A stretch of 64,000 bases of DNA from Ignavibacteriales bacterium (GTDB lineage Bacteria > Bacteroidota > Ignavibacteria > UBA10030 > SZUA-254): contig JACRMQ010000007.1 in the NCBI GenBank assembly GCA_016214905.1, positions 396,408 through 460,407 on the forward strand, read 5' to 3'. The number at the start of each line of letters is the position of its first letter. The first letter of the stretch is position 1. Under the pieces are notes generated by a model that saw nothing but the letters and a program-made list of their open reading frames with translations, was not told the origin of the DNA and did no database searches. This document shows positions 58,667-64,000 of the stretch, piece after piece. Both the position numbers and the translations under genes were made by a program.

Positions 58667-61306
58667 TTATTTTATAATTTCAGCGGTCGTTTTCTTAACG
58701 AACTGTATGAGTCCGCGTTTATCAAGTGATACTTCAACCGTATCGGCATCGCTTATTGAGCCGGCGAGTATTTCTTCTGATAATTTGTTGACTATATATT
58801 TTTGAATCACACGCTTCAAAGGTCTGGCGCCAAGCGTAGGATCGTAACCGAGCTTGATGAGCCAATCTTTTGCTTCTTCGGTAAATTCGATCCGGATATT
58901 TTTTTGCTCAATCGTTTTTTGTAAACGTTTTATCTGGATATCTATAATTCGCCTGAGATCGTTTCGGTTTAAAAGTTTGAAGAGGATTATTTCATCGATA
59001 CGGTTCAAAAATTCCGGCCTGATCGATTGACGAAGCATATCGAATAATGTAACCCGCAACTCGCTATAAATCTTTTCAAGTTCACCGTTCGAAATAATAT
59101 CACCACTCAATCTTTCCTGAATCAACTGCGATCCAAGATTTGAGGTCATGATGATTATTGTGTTCTTAAAATTGACGGTTCGACCTTTATTGTCGGTTAA
59201 ACGTCCTTCATCCAAAACCTGTAATAATAAATTAAAAACTTCCGGATGTGCTTTTTCTATTTCATCGAGCAATACAACAGAATATGGTTTTCGCCGAACT
59301 GTTTCTGTAAGCTGACCGCCTTCTTCGTAACCAACGTAACCAGGAGGTGCGCCTATCAGCCGGGAAACGGAGAATTTCTCCATATACTCACTCATATCAA
59401 TTCGTATCAACGCGCTTTCATCGTTGAATAGAAACTCTGCAAGTGCGCGTGCAAGCTCAGTTTTACCGACACCTGTTGAGCCGAGAAATATGAATGAGCC
59501 AATCGGCTTTTTTTCGTCTTGCAAACCAGCACGGCTGCGGCGTATGGCGTCGGCAACGGCATGCACGGCTTCTTCCTGACCGACAAGCCGTTCGTGAAGT
59601 CGCTCTTCGAGGTGAAGAAGTTTCGTCCGCTCGCTTTCTAACATTCGGTTTAGCGGGATGCCTGTCCAGCGAGAAACAATTTCGGCAATATCTTCGGCAT
59701 CGACCTCTTCCTTCAACATTTTTTTATCTTGTTGAATTTCTGCAAGCTTGATGCTTGCCTTTTGCAATTCTTTTTCAAGAGAAGCTATTATTCCATACCG
59801 CAGTTCAGCAACACGCGCGAGATTTCCCGACCGTTCATTTTGTTCAGCTTCATTTTTTGCGTTCTCGATATCACCTTTCATTTTTCTTATAGATTGAATA
59901 AGCTCTTTTTCGTTTTGCCAATGCGCGCGCAGTCCTGAGCGCTCCTGATTCAACTCGGCTAATTCTTTATTTATATCTTTCAATCGCCCTTTCGTGGCTT
60001 CATCGGTTTCACGTTTTACCGCCTCGCGTTCAATTTCAAGTTGTTTAATGCGACGCTCAATTTCATCGAGTTCTTCGGGTAGAGAATCTATTTCAATTCT
60101 GAGTTTCGAAGCGGCTTCATCCACTAAATCGATTGCTTTATCGGGTAAAAAACGATCGCTGATATAACGGTGGCTTAATTGTGTCGCTGCTACAATGGCG
60201 CCATCAGTGATGCGAACACCGTGATGGATTTCGTATCGTTCTTTAAGTCCGCGTAATATTGATATAGTGTCTTCAACTGTCGGCTCATCTATGAGAACCG
60301 GTTGAAACCTGCGCTCAAGCGCGGGATCTTTTTCTATATGCTTTCTGTACTCATCTATCGTTGTTGCGCCGATTGCCCGAAGTTCGCCTTTTGCGAGAGC
60401 CGGCTTTAACATGTTCGCCGCGTCAACCGCACCTTGTGCTGCGCCCGCTCCCACGAGTGTGTGAAGTTCATCTATAAATAAAATAATCTCTCCCTGAGAT
60501 TCGGTTACTTCCTTGAGAACTGCTTTGAGACGCTCTTCAAATTGTCCGCGAAAACTTGTACCCGCCACAAGTGTGCCCATATCGAGAGCTATAATTCGTT
60601 TTGTTTTTAGATTTTCGGGAACATCGCCTTGTATGATCCTATGAGCGATTCCCTCGGCTATGGCGGTCTTTCCAACACCCGGCTCACCGATAAGAACGGG
60701 ATTATTTTTTGTGCGGCGTGAAAGAACCTGAAGCACGCGTCGAATTTCTTCATCCCGCCCGATTACCGGATCGAGTTTTCCTTTGCGTGCAAGCTCGTTA
60801 AGATCTCTGCCAAATCTTTGTAGCGATTGATATTTCTCTTCAGGCGTTTGATCGGTTACTCGTTGTGTACCGCGGATATCTTTGAGCGCTTTATAAATTT
60901 GATCTTTCGATACACCCTGACTGTTAAGAAGTTGCGCTGCGGATGATTTACCTGTAACGATACCAAGAAGCAGATGTTCAGTGCTGACATATTCATCTTT
61001 GAGTGATTGTGCTTCTTTCAAAGAGTTATCGAAAATTTGTGCAAGCGTTTGACTTATGAATTGATTTCCTGTGCCTGCGCTAGTGACTTTCGGAAGTTTT
61101 TCAATCGCTTCATTAATTTTTATTTTGATGTAATTAAGATTAGCTCCGATTTTTTGAAGTATAGGTGCAATTAAACCTTCGCTGTCCTGAACCAGCGCGG
61201 CAAGCACATGTTCCGGCTCGATCGATTGATTACCGCAACTCGCGGCAATTTCCTGCGCGTTCTGTACTGCCTCCTGTGATTTAATTGTGAATTTATGAAA
61301 GTTCAT
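58667..61306 (-). CDS. clpB: ClpB (Hsp100) disaggregase, AAA+ ATPase with two nucleotide-binding domains
   Basis: 879 aa. Clp N-domain repeats, two Walker A motifs (GEPGVGKTA and GSTGVGKTE) and the middle coiled-coil domain. Confidence 0.9.
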   Translation of the reverse strand: MNFHKFTIKSQEAVQNAQEIAASCGNQSIEPEHVLAALVQDSEGLIAPILQKIGANLNYIKIKINEAIEKLPKVTSAGTGNQFISQTLAQIFDNSLKEAQSLKDEYVSTEHLLLGIVTGKSSAAQLLNSQGVSKDQIYKALKDIRGTQRVTDQTPEEKYQSLQRFGRDLNELARKGKLDPVIGRDEEIRRVLQVLSRRTKNNPVLIGEPGVGKTAIAEGIAHRIIQGDVPENLKTKRIIALDMGTLVAGTSFRGQFEERLKAVLKEVTESQGEIILFIDELHTLVGAGAAQGAVDAANMLKPALAKGELRAIGATTIDEYRKHIEKDPALERRFQPVLIDEPTVEDTISILRGLKERYEIHHGVRITDGAIVAATQLSHRYISDRFLPDKAIDLVDEAASKLRIEIDSLPEELDEIERRIKQLEIEREAVKRETDEATKGRLKDINKELAELNQERSGLRAHWQNEKELIQSIRKMKGDIENAKNEAEQNERSGNLARVAELRYGIIASLEKELQKASIKLAEIQQDKKMLKEEVDAEDIAEIVSRWTGIPLNRMLESERTKLLHLEERLHERLVGQEEAVHAVADAIRRSRAGLQDEKKPIGSFIFLGSTGVGKTELARALAEFLFNDESALIRIDMSEYMEKFSVSRLIGAPPGYVGYEEGGQLTETVRRKPYSVVLLDEIEKAHPEVFNLLLQVLDEGRLTDNKGRTVNFKNTIIIMTSNLGSQLIQERLSGDIISNGELEKIYSELRVTLFDMLRQSIRPEFLNRIDEIILFKLLNRNDLRRIIDIQIKRLQKTIEQKNIRIEFTEEAKDWLIKLGYDPTLGARPLKRVIQKYIVNKLSEEILAGSISDADTVEVSLDKRGLIQFVKKTTAEIIK

Positions 61307-61317
61307 ATTTATAAATT

Positions 61318-61554
61318 TTACTTAACAACATCTTTATCGCCATTGCTTTCTTGCTCTTCCATCTTCTTTCCGGCTTTTTCTTCCATAACGTATTCGATTG
61401 CTTCCTGCTTATTTTTTGGTTGGAAGTCGTGAAATGCAGTTAATGTTGCTATTCCATGTGAACCGCGCCACGATACCCATCGTTTCTTTGTGGCGTAAAC
61501 CAAGAAAACCACACCAAGAATAAGAATAATTAAAAACCAGATTGCGTCTGTCAT
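61318..61554 (-). CDS. Small single-pass membrane protein between dnaK and clpB
   Basis: 78 aa. N-terminal TM helix ([17 protein letters not shown]) and a charged C-terminus. Lies 11 nt from the clpB start. Confidence 0.4.
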   Translation of the reverse strand: MTDAIWFLIILILGVVFLVYATKKRWVSWRGSHGIATLTAFHDFQPKNKQEAIEYVMEEKAGKKMEEQESNGDKDVVK

Positions 61555-61601
61555 ATTAAATAGAGCCCACTTTGAAGGTGGGCTCCATTTCCTTAGTAAT
61601 G

Positions 61602-63551
61602 TTATTTATCCTTCTCGTCAACAACTTCGAACGATGCATCCTCAACCGCTTTATCGTTCTTTTTTGTGCCGTTGCCTGCGGCATTTGGTTCACCGGTTGG
61701 CGGAGGAGGCGGTGCGCCGGCTTGCTGTTGTTTTTGCCCTCCGGCGGTGGCTTTTTGATACATCGCAGTGGAAGCTTCGTTCCAAATATTATTCAAAGAT
61801 TCCATCTTTGCTTTGATATCCGCTATGTTATTGTTTTTAATAGCTGCATCGAGAGCATCTGCCGCTGATTCGACTTTCGATTTTATGTCGGATGGAATTT
61901 TATCGCCGAATTCCTTCAACTGTTTACGTGTTTGGAATACGAGATTGTCGGCTTGATTTTTTGTATCCACTTCTTCTCTTCGTTTTTTATCTTCTGCAGA
62001 ATGTGCCTGCGCATCGGTTTTCATTTTATCAACTTCTTCTTTGCTTAAACCGCTTGAAGATGTTATGCGTATGCTTTGTTCTTTGTTTGTAGCTTTATCT
62101 TTTGCGGTTACATGAAGCATACCGTTCGCATCGATATCGAATGTAACTTCGATCTGAGGAACCCCTCGTGGAGCCGGCGGAATTCCGTCTAAATGAAATC
62201 TGCCGAGCGTCCTGTTGTCTATTGCCATAGGTCGTTCACCCTGCAATATGTGAATTTCAACAGATGGTTGACTGTCGGATGCGGTTGAAAATATTTCACT
62301 TTTCTTTGTAGGTATCGTGGTGTTCGCCTGGATCATTTGCGTGGTAACCCCACCCAGCGTTTCGATACCGAGTGTTAATGGTGTAACATCGAGTAATAAA
62401 ACGTCTGTAACGTCACCGGATAAAACACCTCCTTGTATTGCTGCTCCAACCGCAACAACTTCATCGGGGTTTACACCTTTATGTCCCTCTTTACCGAATA
62501 TTTCTTTCACAAGCTGCTGAACTCGCGGTACTCGTGTCATACCACCGACAAGAATAATCTCCTCAATCTGATTTGGATTGAGTGAGGCATCTCGCATAGC
62601 TTTTTCGACTGGGGGAATACACCGTTGAATCAAATCCTCAACAAGTTGTTCAAACTTAGCGCGTGTGATGGTAAGATTTAAATGTTTTGGACCTTCGGCG
62701 GTAGCGGTAATAAACGGCAGATTGACTTCAGTCTGCATAAGCTGGGAGAGTTCCATCTTTGCTTTTTCTGCTGCCTCGCGTAAGCGCTGAAGCGCCATCG
62801 GATCTTTACGTAAATCGATGCCTTCCTGTTTTTTAAATTCATCGGCAATGTAATCAACTAATCGATGATCGAAATTATCTCCGCCAAGATGCGTATCGCC
62901 ATTTGTCGATTTGACTTCGAAAACACCTTCACCGAGTTCAAGTATCGAGATATCGAATGTGCCACCACCTAGATCGAACACGGCAACCTTCATGTCTTTA
63001 TGTTTTTTATCTAGACCGTATGCTAGTGCGGCTGCGGTAGGTTCGTTGATAATTCTGCGAACATTCAAACCGGCAATTTCGCCTGCTTCTTTTGTAGCTT
63101 GTCTTTGAGCATCATTAAAGTATGCCGGAACAGTAATAACCGCGTCTGTAACTTTGGTGCCGAGATAATCCTCAGCGGTTTGTTTCATTTTTTGTAAAAT
63201 CATCGCGCTGATTTCCGGAGGTGAATAAATCCGGTCGTCTATCTTTACACGCGCCGTATTATTATCTCCCTGAACGACTTTGTATGGGATGAGTTTCATC
63301 TCTTCTGTCACTTCATTTTGAAATCTTCCCATGAAGCGCTTAATCGAGAATACTGTGTTCTGTGAATTTGTAACTGCTTGTCGTTTGGCTGCCTGACCAA
63401 CAAGTCGTTCACCGCTTTTTGGAAAACCGACGACCGATGGCGTAGTTCTGGCGCCCTCAGCATTTGCAATCACTGTTGGATCTTTACCTTCCATTACAGC
63501 AACCACTGAGTTTGTTGTTCCTAAATCGATACCAATAATTTTACCCGACAT
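61602..63551 (-). CDS. dnaK: Molecular chaperone DnaK (Hsp70)
   Basis: [14 protein letters not shown] at the N-terminus and DLGGGTFD. The likely start is the ATG at 63551, which has an AAAGGAG RBS. The tool's ORF extends to a TTG at 63569. Confidence 0.9.
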   Translation of the reverse strand: MSGKIIGIDLGTTNSVVAVMEGKDPTVIANAEGARTTPSVVGFPKSGERLVGQAAKRQAVTNSQNTVFSIKRFMGRFQNEVTEEMKLIPYKVVQGDNNTARVKIDDRIYSPPEISAMILQKMKQTAEDYLGTKVTDAVITVPAYFNDAQRQATKEAGEIAGLNVRRIINEPTAAALAYGLDKKHKDMKVAVFDLGGGTFDISILELGEGVFEVKSTNGDTHLGGDNFDHRLVDYIADEFKKQEGIDLRKDPMALQRLREAAEKAKMELSQLMQTEVNLPFITATAEGPKHLNLTITRAKFEQLVEDLIQRCIPPVEKAMRDASLNPNQIEEIILVGGMTRVPRVQQLVKEIFGKEGHKGVNPDEVVAVGAAIQGGVLSGDVTDVLLLDVTPLTLGIETLGGVTTQMIQANTTIPTKKSEIFSTASDSQPSVEIHILQGERPMAIDNRTLGRFHLDGIPPAPRGVPQIEVTFDIDANGMLHVTAKDKATNKEQSIRITSSSGLSKEEVDKMKTDAQAHSAEDKKRREEVDTKNQADNLVFQTRKQLKEFGDKIPSDIKSKVESAADALDAAIKNNNIADIKAKMESLNNIWNEASTAMYQKATAGGQKQQQAGAPPPPPTGEPNAAGNGTKKNDKAVEDASFEVVDEKDK

Positions 63552-63833
63552 TTTAAAACTCCTTTTCAAAATAAGACATTTTTCTCCTCGGAGTCGATCT
63601 CCTAAGAAATAAATTTTTAATACTATACTACTAACTTACAATAGATATGCCACAGGAAATAAAAATAATATGTTGTTTTTCTTCAATAATCAGCATTTAA
63701 TAATCACCTTATTTGAGAGAAACATGACACAACTGCCATCATGGCATGGCTGATTAGACTATTGGCAGGAGCTGGAAAAAATGGCAGAAAAACATCCTTG
63801 ACTTTTACGCGCAATTTTCATAATCTGAACGCG

Positions 63834-64000
63834 ATGATAGAATCTGAAATCCGTCAGTTTATTAGCTCTAAAATTTTTGGAAAAAAGATTTATTGTTTTG
63901 ATTTGATTGACTCCACAAATTTGAAAGCGAAACAATTTCTTCAAGAAGGTGTCGATGAAGGGACGGTTGTAATTGCCGATGAGCAAACAGCGGGAAGGGG
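63834..64000 (+). CDS. Biotin-[acetyl-CoA-carboxylase] ligase (BirA family), 3'-truncated by window edge
   Basis: Translation MIESEIRQFISSKIFGKKIYCFDLIDSTNLKAKQFLQEGVDEGTVVIADEQTAGRG contains the BPL motifs DSTN and QTAGRG. Confidence 0.6.
   Translation, partial: MIESEIRQFISSKIFGKKIYCFDLIDSTNLKAKQFLQEGVDEGTVVIADEQTAGR

Noticed and set aside
1-64000. CRISPR arrays, rRNA/tRNA genes, transposases or integrases
   Set aside because: There are no regularly spaced direct repeats and no transposase or integrase-like ORFs. No rRNA or tRNA signature sequences were found on either strand.

Overview
This 64 kb window comes from a low-GC (~40%) bacterium that uses sigma70-type promoters and often Shine-Dalgarno sites. 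It also carries several protein families typical of Bacteroidota and the wider FCB group: a DUF5916/CBM9-like protein, a four-helix-bundle protein, and an ECF sigma/anti-sigma pair. No rRNA, tRNA, CRISPR array or obvious transposase was seen. Coding density is high.

Main content, in order:
- 1-7.7 kb: 3' end of an ornithine-carbamoyltransferase-family gene, XdhC and MocA molybdenum-cofactor accessory genes, an FGGY sugar kinase and a SAM methyltransferase.
- 7.8-10.2 kb: an ECF sigma / anti-sigma / lipoprotein operon.
- 10.2-12.2 kb: an AT-rich islet holding a ~467-codon unknown ORF that is interrupted by a single in-frame TGA.
- 12.2-16.6 kb: a minus-strand corrinoid methyl-transfer module. 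It consists of an MttB-superfamily methyltransferase, a methionine-synthase B12-activation-domain protein, an MtbC-like corrinoid protein and a stand-alone homocysteine S-methyltransferase. I read this as a candidate cobalamin-dependent, quaternary-amine-driven methionine synthase assembled from separate parts. It is the most interesting system in the window.
- 18.3-20.6 kb: an MmuP/MmuM-like permease/homocysteine-methyltransferase pair.
- 20.7-24.5 kb: a sodium:solute symporter, a GHMP kinase and a sugar-1-phosphate nucleotidyltransferase, likely a monosaccharide salvage operon.
- 24.6-47.9 kb: a large glycoprotein/N-glycan degradation locus with no SusC/SusD genes. It encodes GH38, GH35, three GH29 fucosidases, GH20, GH27 with an NPCBM domain, a GH36-like enzyme, a DPP-IV-like S9 peptidase, an alpha/beta hydrolase and a secreted PHP phosphoesterase.
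- 48.1-55.1 kb: a YtrA-type GntR regulator with a palindromic operator over its promoter, an ABC ATPase, four tandem paralogous membrane proteins and two beta-lactamase-fold serine hydrolases.
- 55.3-58.5 kb: a glycyl-radical-enzyme activase and a 785-aa glycyl radical enzyme of the Cys-x-Glu eliminase type.
- 58.7-64.0 kb: clpB, a small membrane protein and dnaK on the minus strand, then the 5' end of a birA-like gene.

Recurrent AT-rich intergenic motifs and nested palindromes are also noted in the findings.
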